From the NCBI RefSeq assembly GCF_041956535.1, contig NW_027192222.1:207477-271476 (forward strand): a DNA stretch of 64,000 nt. The letters are read 5' to 3'. This DNA is from Calcarisporiella thermophila CBS 279.70. Its lineage: Eukaryota; Fungi; Calcarisporiellomycota. Made by a program: the position numbers and the translations under genes. The stretch's first letter is position 1, and each line of letters starts with the position of its first letter. Positions 11,631-22,641 of this stretch are shown here, in pieces. The notes beneath the pieces were generated by a model. It searched no databases and was not told where the DNA came from. It saw only the letters and a program-made list of their open reading frames with translations.

Positions 11631-12397
11631 TTTATCAATGAGTTGGAGAAAGAAGAGAAGGATAGACCGTTGTCGCGACAACTGCTCTTTTATAAGTGAA
11701 TATCATACTCGGAGTTTCCCCCCTCTCACCTCCCCCCTGAACAACATATTTTATTTACGGAGCCGCAAAAGTAGTAAGGTTACTCACCGCACTCTCACCA
11801 AGTCTCAAAGTACTACTTCTGGTTACACTGGCAGTACACTCAAGGAAATTATCTCCTCATGCAAGAGGTACAATAGTACAATGTGGCACAATTAAGCCGG
11901 GACAACTAAAAGATAGCAATGCGACTATAGAAACGTGAGTATTCAGTCATACTGGCACGTCATCGAGAGTAAGCCGTTAATATAGAAGAAACAAATATGA
12001 GTTCTCGAAGCAAATCTTGTCTGCCTGACATTATGATACATATATGGCATGCATTTCATGAAATTTGGGCGGGTGTAGATGTGAATATTTTATACGTCGC
12101 TTTGAGATTAGCCTAGTGCCACCTACAAGAATCCACAGGGCAGATTCAAAATGTTGAGCCCTAATACCCAAAACTCCATCCAAGGTCTCCTATAAAGAAA
12201 CTCAAAAAGGATGAATAAAAAACTTCGTCCACATCTATAGTGCATTTATTCCAGGTCATAAGAGATTCTTAACCCAAGGCATAAGCCAGGGTTCACTAGA
12301 ATTAATTTGTTTCATTAAAGTCAATAAATAACATAAGATTAAGGAGGATAGAAAAAGATTTAAAATCGCATAATTGAATTAGTTAAAGACAAGCTTC

Positions 12398-12985
12398 TTA
12401 GAAGGAAATGTCGGCACTATAGGATTGCGGAGAGACGAAGTTGGCAAGCATGGACTTGGGCGCTACCGAGTCGATGGCGAGAGTGGCATTGGCGGGATGG
12501 ACATTGGCCTTTATATCGTTGATAAACTCCTCGAGATTCTGGTACGCCCCTTCAGAATCGAACAAGCACTGGCGAATGCTAGTACTATTGCAGTTCGCGG
12601 CTGCGCATCCTACACTTTTATGTTTAGGACCCATGAAGATCATGAAGATCGAGTTAGTAATGTGGAGTTTGGGGTTATCGTAGTCGTACTGAGATAGGCC
12701 GATGCTGTAAAGTTTCGTGATCGCCTCCTTCCAAGAGCCAGTCCCTCTGGCAAAAAGGGAAAGCACACCATTGGGATTCGGAATTTTTTCCAAGCACCTC
12801 TCTGCTTTTGTTAGAGCTGCTTTCTCGAGCTCGGTATTCCACACAAGTGTCTTAACACCATGAGCCTCGCGGATGGTATTGATCAACTGAAGGACATATT
12901 CTGGAGACTCGGTCTGCCGTTTGTGAGGTGCGCTCAGAGCAAGCGTGATGGTAAGAAAAACGGAGGCCAAACCTAGTAGTTTCAT
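12398..12985 (-). CDS. Secreted CAP/PR-1-fold protein, paralog 4
   Basis: MKLLGLASVF..., INTIREAHGVKTLVWN, YDYDNP, SVGC. Confidence 0.88.
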   Translation of the reverse strand: MKLLGLASVFLTITLALSAPHKRQTESPEYVLQLINTIREAHGVKTLVWNTELEKAALTKAERCLEKIPNPNGVLSLFARGTGSWKEAITKLYSIGLSQYDYDNPKLHITNSIFMIFMGPKHKSVGCAAANCNSTSIRQCLFDSEGAYQNLEEFINDIKANVHPANATLAIDSVAPKSMLANFVSPQSYSADISF

Positions 12986-13959
12986 TTTTAGATGAGTTGG
13001 GGTAAGAAGAGGAGGATAGACCGTCGTTGCGATAACCGCCCTTTTTATAAGATTGCACTCGGAATCTCTAAACGACACGTTTTGTGTAGAGGGTTGCAAA
13101 GTTAACAATTTACTCACCATGCTCTCATCTAAACTCAGAATGTACACCTTCCAGTGACACTAGCTCTATGGTCAAGGAAAGAAATTCCTCGAGCAAGCAT
13201 TTTGATTCAATGTGGCATGATTAAGCTCCGCAGCCCCAAAACTCATTGGACGGTGAGCACTCAACAACAGCACAGTACAACTCTTTTAAACAAGACTATC
13301 CAGAAGTAGTAGGGCGATAGGATAAATGATCACAGATACGATAGCACCTAAACAATAGCGGCTCTGCTAACTCGTACTAATTCTGATACCAGTAAAGGTT
13401 GGCCAGATGGTTGACTGACCCTATCGTGCTGGGGTGCTCGGGTCCGTAGAGGATTTCACTAAACGTTACTGAAAGCTCGATCAGCTTTTGCGTATTGATA
13501 ACTTCATTTTTACAGAGGTATAATGTTGCATATTTTGGCAATAATTCTAGAACTTTACATAATATAACCTAAAATTACTCGAGTAATACCACGAAATAAT
13601 GTTTGCGTCGATGGTATAATCTCTTACCAAATAACAAATAACCTAAGTGGCAGAGCATTTTATCTTGAGATTGAGCTCTTCAGTTAATTCTCTACTCACT
13701 TTATCTACCTATCCTCCTCAACTGTAGCAAAGATCGCTTCACGTACGAGCCGGCGCATTCTTAGCATTTTGCATACTATTTCATTCTCTCTACCGTGAGT
13801 TATTGAGACAAACGATGATTTATTTTTGCACGGTTTTTGCCATTTAAACACCATTTTATTCAATTGGTTTCGTTAACGATGCTTGATGATAGCAATTTTT
13901 AGTTTTATCTTTAATTACACTCGCATAAGTTGCTTTTAAACGCGTTATCTCGGCAAGAT

Positions 13960-14200
13960 GGTTAAACTCCAACACTCGATCATTATCGGTTTTGCTCCTC
14001 TGACAAACTGCGCATGACTTAACATATCTCTGAACCATGAAGTGCATTTTCTTCCAATGGTAATATCGTTGTATTAACTCGTTTGTACGTTCTATAACTT
14101 GATGCCCCGCGATTGGTGTATTTTGAGCTTCTTGCAAAAGTTGGAGTTGGATCTCGTTGTCAATTGAAACGACTAGACGATCCCCATCCTCTTCCTTCAG
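13960..14200 (-). mobile_element. Ty3/Gypsy retrotransposon remnant (integrase zinc-binding region)
   Basis: EEDGDRLVVSIDNEIQLQLLQEAQNTPIAGHQVIERTNELIQRYYHWKKMHFMVQRYVKSCAVCQRSK matches the integrase H2C2 motif. DNA is similar to 35140-35270. Confidence 0.85.
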
Positions 14201-14599
14201 GCATTTGAATCTATTGTATTAGGATTTTGTTTTGATATAAACTATCACTGATACTGAATAATTCAAGGGATGAAGGAAGGAGAAGGGCGACTTAAAGGGC
14301 ACTTTAGTTTCATCAGCATTTTTGCGGGATACTATAGATATAGTTTTATATTTTTAATCTTGACGTAAAAAACTAAATAAACAAGGCGATTTATTATCCA
14401 GATTATTTTCTAATTAATTATTTATTTTTTCTAAACTTTTCCGCTGTGATGGGGATTTTTTAGTTGGAGAGAAAGACTTAACTTCGTATAATATATTACA
14501 ATCTCAAATGTACGTATATATATCAAATAAATGATGACGTAGCACAGAGATTAAGATCAATAGTAACATATGTAACATCCGCGTCCTCTCTTGCTAACG

Positions 14600-14956
14600 T
14601 TAAGCGGCGTCGATAGTAACTTTCCAATTCCCAGCGACTTTTGGACAGTTAGGGGATTTCTTACAAACTCTTTGACTGGTAATATCCTCTTTGCCTGGCC
14701 CTTCGACTTCGAATCTTGCAAAAGCATTACCATTAGGGTCTGAAGATGACGATAATTGATTCAGCACGCGTGCTCCCGAATGCTTTGGTGCACTCCATAC
14801 CCAATGTTGCCCTTGTTCGTCGTACGCATCGAGACGTATCTCAATAATATCACCTTGTCTCGCTTTTTGTTCACCTTTAGAATCCTTATTAAGAGGAATC
14901 GTAACACCAACAACCGTACTAAGGATTAGAAAAATACACAATAACTGTTTAAACAT
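14600..14956 (-). CDS. Small secreted protein, chagasin/inhibitor I42-like Ig fold (putative)
   Basis: Signal peptide; pattern GDIIEIRL...WVWS...VL...FEVEGPGKEDI...WKVTID; one Cys pair. Intronless; TATA-like sequence about 125 bp upstream. Confidence 0.7.
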   Translation of the reverse strand: MFKQLLCIFLILSTVVGVTIPLNKDSKGEQKARQGDIIEIRLDAYDEQGQHWVWSAPKHSGARVLNQLSSSSDPNGNAFARFEVEGPGKEDITSQRVCKKSPNCPKVAGNWKVTIDAA

Positions 14957-16853
14957 TAGCGAGTTGATAAATATTCAATTACAATCGAATTTGAAATGTA
15001 ATTATTAATGTAGCTGTTATAAAAAAAGTGATGGAAAAAATGTATACAATTGCGTTTAGTGAAATACAAGGGTTCCTATTTATATTCGATTTGATGTTCA
15101 ATTTTACTTAATAAAAAGAAGAATAACCTGTAATACGACTGTTTTAGATCTAGGCTTAAACTAGGCTAACATAGTCTACTCTTTTGGCCCAATATACCTG
15201 TTTGTGGTGTTGATTGAAGCTTATGTTTCATAAGCATGCTTAATTTTTCAAAATAACATTCTTGCATGATCATCTATCTTTGAAGATAGCTGATTGGGCA
15301 CTGGTTTATATGGTAAAAATGTATTAAAAATTTGTATCCAAAAAATTGGCCACGTACCTTTAGAAAATTTTTCGCAGTAGGGCGGCTTATTATTTTCTTG
15401 AGTACATAGAGTGATATGCCACCATGGAAGATTCTCATATTAGGTAGAATAATATTGTGGAGTCGTGAGGAGGGTAAAATTACTAGTATGTTTCGAGGAC
15501 AGACTTCGATGCTAGTGGATAATTGAAAGTTGATTGCTTTAATACTAATTTATTACGTAACTAAATATTAAACGCATATAGCAAGGTTTGTAAGGTAGAC
15601 GAATGATCTTAGTAAAAATAGAGATCGGTGAGGAACAAAAAGAAATGATAGGTGCTTTAATAAAAACAAAAAATCAAAAGGAATATGAAATCTCAGATCA
15701 AATATTGAATATATCTTCCCATAAATATTACACCAGAAAATAACAAAATAAAAGTCAAGCCATAACAAGATAATGATAATACAGTATATCATATTATGAG
15801 AAAAGACGTAAGCGGGCCGTCCTGATACAACTCATAGCCAGGCTTTTCAAAGGCTGATTAAATGCAGTTTTAAAAAAAAACCAAACAATTTATTAAAAGC
15901 TATAACTATTAATTATCGCTAACTTGGTTAACCACTGCTAAGTTGGTTAATTACTTAATTTTAATATAGAAAAATACTATCCAATATCGCACAGCAGTCA
16001 AATAAATCAATTAAAGTTGATGTTAGTTTCCAACTGCGTTATTGTGTACTGTTGGTGAATGGCATTTGAAAAAAACGAAATAGGATATTTTGCTCTAAAT
16101 CAAGTTATACTACTCACCCTCTCAGTAATACACCAGATTCAAGAAAGTTCTATATAATTGGAATACATGAACCAATAGTAAGTGGCAATTTTATTAACCT
16201 ATAGTATTAATCGCTGCTACCAAACATGAAACCATCCCTACTCATTATATCAATTGCTACCTCACGTGTGGGTGCTCTACCAACAAACACTAGCCGAAAG
16301 GTATCAATTAGTAGAAATTGTGTCGAATCTTGTCAATACCATGATAAAATCAGACACAGTTACTGCAGTCACATTTTATTTAGAGGCTAGTTCCCTTGAT
16401 TTCCAACCTCATGCTCTGACCATTACATACCCCGGCGAGTGTGTTCCTATAAATTCGCTTGCTGAACCTGTAGGAAGGAATTCCAGCCTCGAATGGAAAT
16501 ATGCATGACCAAAAAAATAAAAAGACCCTGGAAACTTCTTCAAAAACGACCTTAATTATGCAGATATGGTCTGATATCTTCTTTTTACTCCATATTATCT
16601 CTGTACTAGTTCATCATAATTGGTCTCGTTGTAAAATGCGGGTTACCACTGCATATCAAAATATATGCCAGTTTCCGATTTATGTGAACCTATTAAATGT
16701 CATCGTGTGTAAAACGTTCTACTATAGAAATACTAAACATTGGTATATAAAGAGCTTTTTTTTCGAGATAGTCGACCTGTACACTATATAGAGCGAAAAC
16801 CTCCCTTAGACACATCCTATCCTAATATACAGATATAAAAGCTTCCTCCACAA

Positions 16854-17204
16854 ATGTTGATTAAACTTGCGCATATAATACTTATTCTAGCACCCGCAAT
16901 GGCATTGGCTCAGTCGTGCTCTTCTAATTCAGAATGTGAGTCTGGATTTTGTGACTTAGAGGTATCCAAGTGTGCGGAAGCACAACCGAGCGTTGCAACC
17001 GAGCCAAATAACCGACAACCAAGAGCACCATGCGATCCGCGACATTTGGCTTGCGAAAATTTTGGTTCGAGACGGAAGTACCGGGCCAGTCTTCATAACT
17101 GTAAAAATCAGCAGGGAAATTTCTATGGCTATTTTGGCCAATGTATTGACAGAGGTCATTTCAGGCGTTATGGCGGCCTCGAAGGTGGTTGCTGTTATGT
17201 CTGA
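16854..17204 (+). CDS. Small secreted Cys-rich protein (10 Cys, two modules), defensin/antimicrobial-peptide-like
   Basis: Signal peptide MLIKLAHIILILAPAMALA; a 4-Cys module; linker ending RQPR; an Arg-rich 6-Cys module ending CCYV. Confidence 0.8.
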   Translation: MLIKLAHIILILAPAMALAQSCSSNSECESGFCDLEVSKCAEAQPSVATEPNNRQPRAPCDPRHLACENFGSRRKYRASLHNCKNQQGNFYGYFGQCIDRGHFRRYGGLEGGCCYV

Positions 17205-17909
17205 TTAAAATATATATTAAAAGAAATTATAAATTTTTTCATATTCAGTTTAAAAATAAAGCTGTCTTTTATGCACGATTAAATTTAACAAATTGCTACG
17301 AATTTGGAATATCATTGTAATTTCAATGTAAATGCACAATCAAATATCATAATTCTTCTATAATTCTGGCTGATCCTCTATGAAATATTGAAAATAGAAT
17401 AAAGTTCTCCTTATCATAACCATGTGCCTATACCTCCTCTGGTAGCACGCAGGATGGTGTATGTTCAGCCCCACTGTCGCATTAATGGAAAGATGGTAGT
17501 CAAAAAGAATACAAACTCGAGTTCTCGGATAAAATTAAGCATGGTAATGTGACTTCACGAGGCATGCCATTCTTGCAGTTTGTGGAGCACAGATGTGAAC
17601 ATCTTAACAGCATCTTAATACAAATCTAGTGCTATTTACAAGTGCTTGTAGATCAGATTCAAAAGTAGAGAATAAATAGCCAAGACTTGATATAAGATTA
17701 CTTATAAATAAGTTCAGAAAAAATTCATAAAAATCATTCGCAAATATAATGCATTCTAGGTTACAAGAGAATATTTCACCACAACTTTTTCCAAACATAT
17801 TATAGGATCTACTAGAATTTATTGATATGCTATAATCATCAATAGCATAAGATTGAGGCAGGCAGAGGTGGCTTAAAAGTGCATAGATGAATTATATAAA
17901 GCTAGCCTT

Positions 17910-18503
17910 TTAGAAGGAAATATAGGCACCATAGGGCTGCGGAGAGTTGAGGTTGGCGAACACGGGCTTAGGCGCAACCGAGTCGATGAGGAGGGTGGCA
18001 TTGGCGGGGTGAACATTAGCTTTGACATCGTTGACAAACTCCTCAGCGCTCTGGTACTGGACACCTTCAAATTCGAATAGGCACTGGTGAACATCAGTGC
18101 CACTGCAGTTTGTAGTCGCGCATCCTACACTTTTATATCTAGGAGCCATAAGGAGCATGAATATCACGTCAGTGTTTCTCTGGGGGTTGGGGTTATTGAA
18201 GTCGTACTGGGAGAGACCCATGGTGTAGATTTTATTAATCGCTTCCTTCCAAGAGCTTGCTCCCTTAGCATTAAGAGAAACAAGGCCAGAGGGAGCTGGG
18301 GTCTCTTGCGAGCACAGCTGTGCTTTTGCCAGAGAAGCTTTCTCAAGATCCACATTCCATGAGAGTGTCTTCACACCATGAGCTTGGCGCAGAGTATTGA
18401 TCAACTGAAGGACATATTCTGGCGACTCCGCCTGACGTTTGTGAGGTGCGCTCAGAGCAAGTGTGAAGGTAAGAAACACGGAGATCAAGCCTAGAAATCT
18501 CAT
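17910..18503 (-). CDS. Secreted CAP/PR-1-fold protein, paralog 5
   Basis: MRFLGLISVF..., INTLRQAHGVKTLSWN, YDFNNP, SVGC. Confidence 0.88.
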   Translation of the reverse strand: MRFLGLISVFLTFTLALSAPHKRQAESPEYVLQLINTLRQAHGVKTLSWNVDLEKASLAKAQLCSQETPAPSGLVSLNAKGASSWKEAINKIYTMGLSQYDFNNPNPQRNTDVIFMLLMAPRYKSVGCATTNCSGTDVHQCLFEFEGVQYQSAEEFVNDVKANVHPANATLLIDSVAPKPVFANLNSPQPYGAYISF

Positions 18504-18779
18504 TTTTCGATGAGTTGGAGGAAGAAGAGATGGAAAGACCACCGGTGCGATAGCTGCCTTTTTTATAAGAGAAGGTCGCATCGGAGCTTCACACTTCCTC
18601 TCCCCTATTGAAGGATATGTTTTGTGTACAGGTCTACAAAAGCATTAAGCCGCAAAAGAGGCAAGGTTACTCACCGCACTCTCGCCAAGTCTCAAAATGA
18701 ACTCCTTCCAGTTACACTGTCTGCACAATTAAAGAAATATTCTACCTATGCAAGTGGTTGGTTCAATGTGGCACAATTA

Positions 18780-19417
18780 CAGCAAACCGCAAAAAACATA
18801 GTCACGAATCGAAATACCTAGTTTAAATCTCAATCTTTCAGTAGCTCCTTTCAGAGGAATAGTGAAATTATGTAGAGATAAACCTAGAGCTGCATTGGTT
18901 GAAGAGCAATAGAATAAGCGTGCTAGAATGGCCCCCGAAGTCTCCCTATTTGAACATCATAGAGCATGTCTGGAGCAATTTGAAGCGAAAGCTCAGTATT
19001 TATTCAAGAATGCCCAGGAATAAGGACGAACATTTTGAAAGAGCAGAGAAGAAGTAGAAGAAAATAGAGCAGGAATTTAGCAAAAAGCTCTATGTAAGCA
19101 TGCCCAAGAGGATCCATACTGTGGTTTCATCCAAGGGAGGGCAAGCAAAGTATTAGTTAATAAATACACAGAATACAATTTTTTACAATGTAGTCATAAT
19201 TCAATAAATAGCAAAATATACATATGCACCTTTTTCAAAAACAGTACCCCAGTGAGCCAGCATTTCTCCTTTAGTCTAGGGTGGTAAATAAATTTGAAAA
19301 TAGTGTAGGAGCTTTAGTTTTATCTCTACATATTTTCACTTTACTCTGAAAGAGGTTACTGAAATTAAGTTTTTAACAAAGTATATCAATTTGTGGCTAT
19401 ATTTTTGCGGTCGGCTG
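18780..19417 (+). mobile_element. Internally deleted Tc1/mariner DNA transposon (638 bp) with about 110-bp imperfect TIRs and TA target duplication
   Basis: TA-CAGCAAACCGCAAAAA ... TTTTTGCGGTCGGCTG-TA. The interior (about 18895-19156) encodes VLEWPPKSPYLNIIEHVWSNLKRK...SMPKRIHTVVSSKGGQAKY*, the Tc1 DD34E transposase C-terminus, with one stop. Confidence 0.92.
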
Positions 19418-19924
19418 TAAGCTGGGATAATAAAAAGTTAGTAATGCCTTTAACTTAGCTTATAACTGCGTGTACTCAGTTAAACTAACGATTCAACGAG
19501 AAGCCGATTCTTGGAAGAAACAAACACGAATTCTCGGATCAAGTCTTGCCAGCATGCATTACTATTTCGGTATGCCATTCTTGAGGTTTGGATGTGTGTA
19601 GATACTCTACCCTTCTCCTTGTAATCAGCCTCGTACAGCTTACAAGAATCCACAAGGCAGATTCAAAAGGTTGAACCATAGTGAGCAAGAGCTCATCCAA
19701 TATCTCCTATAAAGAAACTCAGAAAGGTTACTAATAAAAAATCGCCTTCGTCCATAGTGTATTTATTTCAGGTTACGAGAGAGAATCTTAACCATAACTT
19801 ATCCAATGCATAGGTCAGGATCTATTATAATTTATTTCGCTCATTAAAGTCACTAATAACATAAGGTTGAGGCAAACAGAAATAGGTTTAAAAATGCATA
19901 GATGAGTTAGATAAAGGCAGCCTC

Positions 19925-20515
19925 TTAGAAAGAAACGAAGGCACTGTAGGAATGCGGAGAGTTGAGGTTGGTGAACATGGATTTTGGCGCAATCGAGTCG
20001 ATGGTGAGAGTGGCATTGGCGGGACGAACATTGGCTTTGACATCATTGACAAACTCCTCGAGGCTTTGGTACGGCACTCCTTCAAATTCGAAGAGGCACT
20101 GGTGAACATTAGTGCCACTGCAGTTTGTAGTTGCGCATCCTACACCTTTATATTTGGATGCCATAAGGAGCATGAAGATCGCGTCAGTGCTCTGGGGGTT
20201 GGGGTTATTGAAGTCGTACTGGGAGAGACCCATGGTGTAGATTTTAGTGATCGCTTCCTTCCAAGAACTTAATCCCTTAACATTAAGAGAAACAAGGCCA
20301 GCGGGAGTCGGAGTCTTTTGCAAGCACAGCTGTGCTTTCGCCAGAGAAGCTTTCTCAAGATCCACATTCCATGGGAGTGTCTTCACACCATGTGCTTGGC
20401 GCAGAGTATTGATCAACTGAAGGACATATTCTGGCGACTCCGCCTGACGTTTGTGAGGTGCTCCCAGAGCAAGCGTAAAGGTAAGAAACACGGAGGCCAG
20501 ACCTAGGAATTTCAT
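19925..20515 (-). CDS. Secreted CAP/PR-1-fold protein, paralog 6
   Basis: MKFLGLASVF..., INTLRQAHGVKTLPWN, YDFNNP, GVGC. Confidence 0.88.
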   Translation of the reverse strand: MKFLGLASVFLTFTLALGAPHKRQAESPEYVLQLINTLRQAHGVKTLPWNVDLEKASLAKAQLCLQKTPTPAGLVSLNVKGLSSWKEAITKIYTMGLSQYDFNNPNPQSTDAIFMLLMASKYKGVGCATTNCSGTNVHQCLFEFEGVPYQSLEEFVNDVKANVRPANATLTIDSIAPKSMFTNLNSPHSYSAFVSF

Positions 20516-21387
20516 TTTTCGATTAGTTCGAGGAAGAAGCGATGGAAAGACTACCGATGCGACAGCTGCCCTTTTTATAAGAGAAGGTCGCACTCGGAGC
20601 TACGCTCTCCCATTTCCCTCTCTGAACGACATATTTTGTGTCCGAGGCCGTGAAAGAAGCTAAGGTTACTCAGCGCTCTCACCAAAACTCAAATTATGCT
20701 TTTTCTAGCAATACTAGCACTATAGTCACGAATAAGCTTCTCTAGAAGGTGGCTGATACTAGTGGCAAGATTAAGCTCCGCAGCCCCAAAACCCATTGGA
20801 CAAAGGGCGGTGCAATTTAACAGCACTGCAGTGCAACCCTACTAAGCAAACTCTCCTTGATGTAAATGAGATGATTGATCACAGGTACACCGTCACCTAA
20901 ACACTAGCGGCTCTGCAAACTTGTACTTGTTCAATTTCCAGTAGAAATGGCCAGATAATTGACCGACCCGGCCGTGTTAAGCTGCTCAGGTTCATAAAGG
21001 GTTTCTCCAGTTGTTGTTGAAAACTTTACCAGTCTTTCCATATTGAATATTGTGTTATTACAGAGGTATAATGTTGCGTTAATTAGCGATATATCTTGAC
21101 AAAAGCTAACACTAAATTACTCAAATAATTCCGCGAAAAAAAAAGTATGCAGAGGTACATTCTCATAATGAATATTAAGTAACATATGCGTCAGTACGTC
21201 TTGTCTCTAGATTGAGTGCTTTGACTAGTTTCTGAGCCCGCTTTATCTTCCTATCAAATGAAGCAAAGACCACTTCACGTACAAACCGGTGCATTCTTTG
21301 CGTTTTGCATACTATCACTTTTCCTCTGCCATCAGTTTACTTAATTGTAATTGAAGCAAACGGCTATTTATTTAGCATCGCTATTAT

Positions 21388-21812
21388 TTCGCAAATATCA
21401 AAAGATTTTTTCCAAACCGTTGCTACAGCGTGCTTGAAATATAATGATTCTACGTACAGAAATGGTAGCTATATTCTTTCCTTTATTGTTTTGGCTATTC
21501 AAGATAGTTTTGGAAAGAGGAAGCAATATTTTCAATGTAGATGCACATTATCTTAACTGTGTGACAATCTCGTGGGGGTTATGATATCAATCTCTCTCTC
21601 AAATGATCGAATGCATTTCTTAATCAAACAGAGCCGGGTCTCTTTCTCTTCCTTCATACACTAATGACAGTAGCGCACATAAGTGGGATCGTCCCGCGAG
21701 TAGTCAGGTTGATATGTCCGCCCATCCGAGGAGATATTTGGAATATCTAATTGACAATCCGGCTGCCTTAGTTGTCTGAAAGAATTATCCATTTTGAGTA
21801 GGTTTCAAGCCA
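21388..21812 (-). pseudogene. Degraded NB-ARC (NLR) fragment paralogous to the NLR at 62289-64000
   Basis: The reverse complement aligns with 62820-63280: ggcttgaaacctactcaaaatgg vs ggcttgaagcccgctcaaaatgg; ggacatatcaacctgactactcgcggg vs ggacatatcattttgactacacgcggg; gaaaatattgcttcctctttcca vs gaaaatactgcttcctctttcca. Contains stops and indels. Confidence 0.85.
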
Positions 21813-22050
21813 CTCTAATAAATATAAAAGCAGGATAAAGAAGGTATATAGCTGGCTATATCGCCGTTTTATAATTTGGATAATAAAAAGTGGAGAAATG
21901 AGGACAGATTTAGATAGTTACTAAACCTCTGCAACTTTCGAGAAATTTATAGAATATACTAGGATTTATTGATACATTATAATTACTAATAACATAAGCT
22001 AGAGGCAGATGGTTTAATAAAGCATGAACGGATTAGACGAAGAAGGCGCC

Positions 22051-22641
22051 TCAGGAAGAAAATCGAGCACTGTAGGACAGCGGAGGGGCGAAGTTAGTTT
22101 TCATTGACGTGGGCACAGTCGGGTCGAGGGTGATTGTGGAATTGGGAGGGTGAACATTGGTCTTGATGTCGTTGATAAACTCATCTATGGTCTGGTATGG
22201 CACCCCTTCAAAATCGAACAGACATTGGTGAACATTATCCCCACTACAACTCGTGGCCGCGCATCCTACACTTTTATATTTAGGCACCACGAAGAGAATG
22301 AAGCCCAAGTCGGACGATTGAGGGTCAGGGTTGTTATAGTCGTATTGAGAGAGGCCATAGGTATAGACTTTCATGATAGCATCCTTCCAGGAGCTAGCCC
22401 CAGTATATGCAAGAGAAGATGTATTAGGAGGTGTTGGGGCACCATCCACGCACATTTGTGCTCGTGTCAGAGAAGCTTTCTCGAGATCCACGTTCCACGG
22501 GAGTGTCTTCACACCATGGGCTTGACGGATGGTGTTGATCAACTGAAGGATATATTCTGCTGACTCCACCTGCCGTTTGTGAGGTGCGCCCAAAGTAAGC
22601 GTGAAGGTAAGAAACACGGAAACCAAGCTTAGGAATTTCAT
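22051..22641 (-). CDS. Secreted CAP/PR-1-fold protein, paralog 7
   Basis: MKFLSLVSVF..., INTIRQAHGVKTLPWN, YDYNNP, SVGC. Confidence 0.88.
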   Translation of the reverse strand: MKFLSLVSVFLTFTLTLGAPHKRQVESAEYILQLINTIRQAHGVKTLPWNVDLEKASLTRAQMCVDGAPTPPNTSSLAYTGASSWKDAIMKVYTYGLSQYDYNNPDPQSSDLGFILFVVPKYKSVGCAATSCSGDNVHQCLFDFEGVPYQTIDEFINDIKTNVHPPNSTITLDPTVPTSMKTNFAPPLSYSARFSS

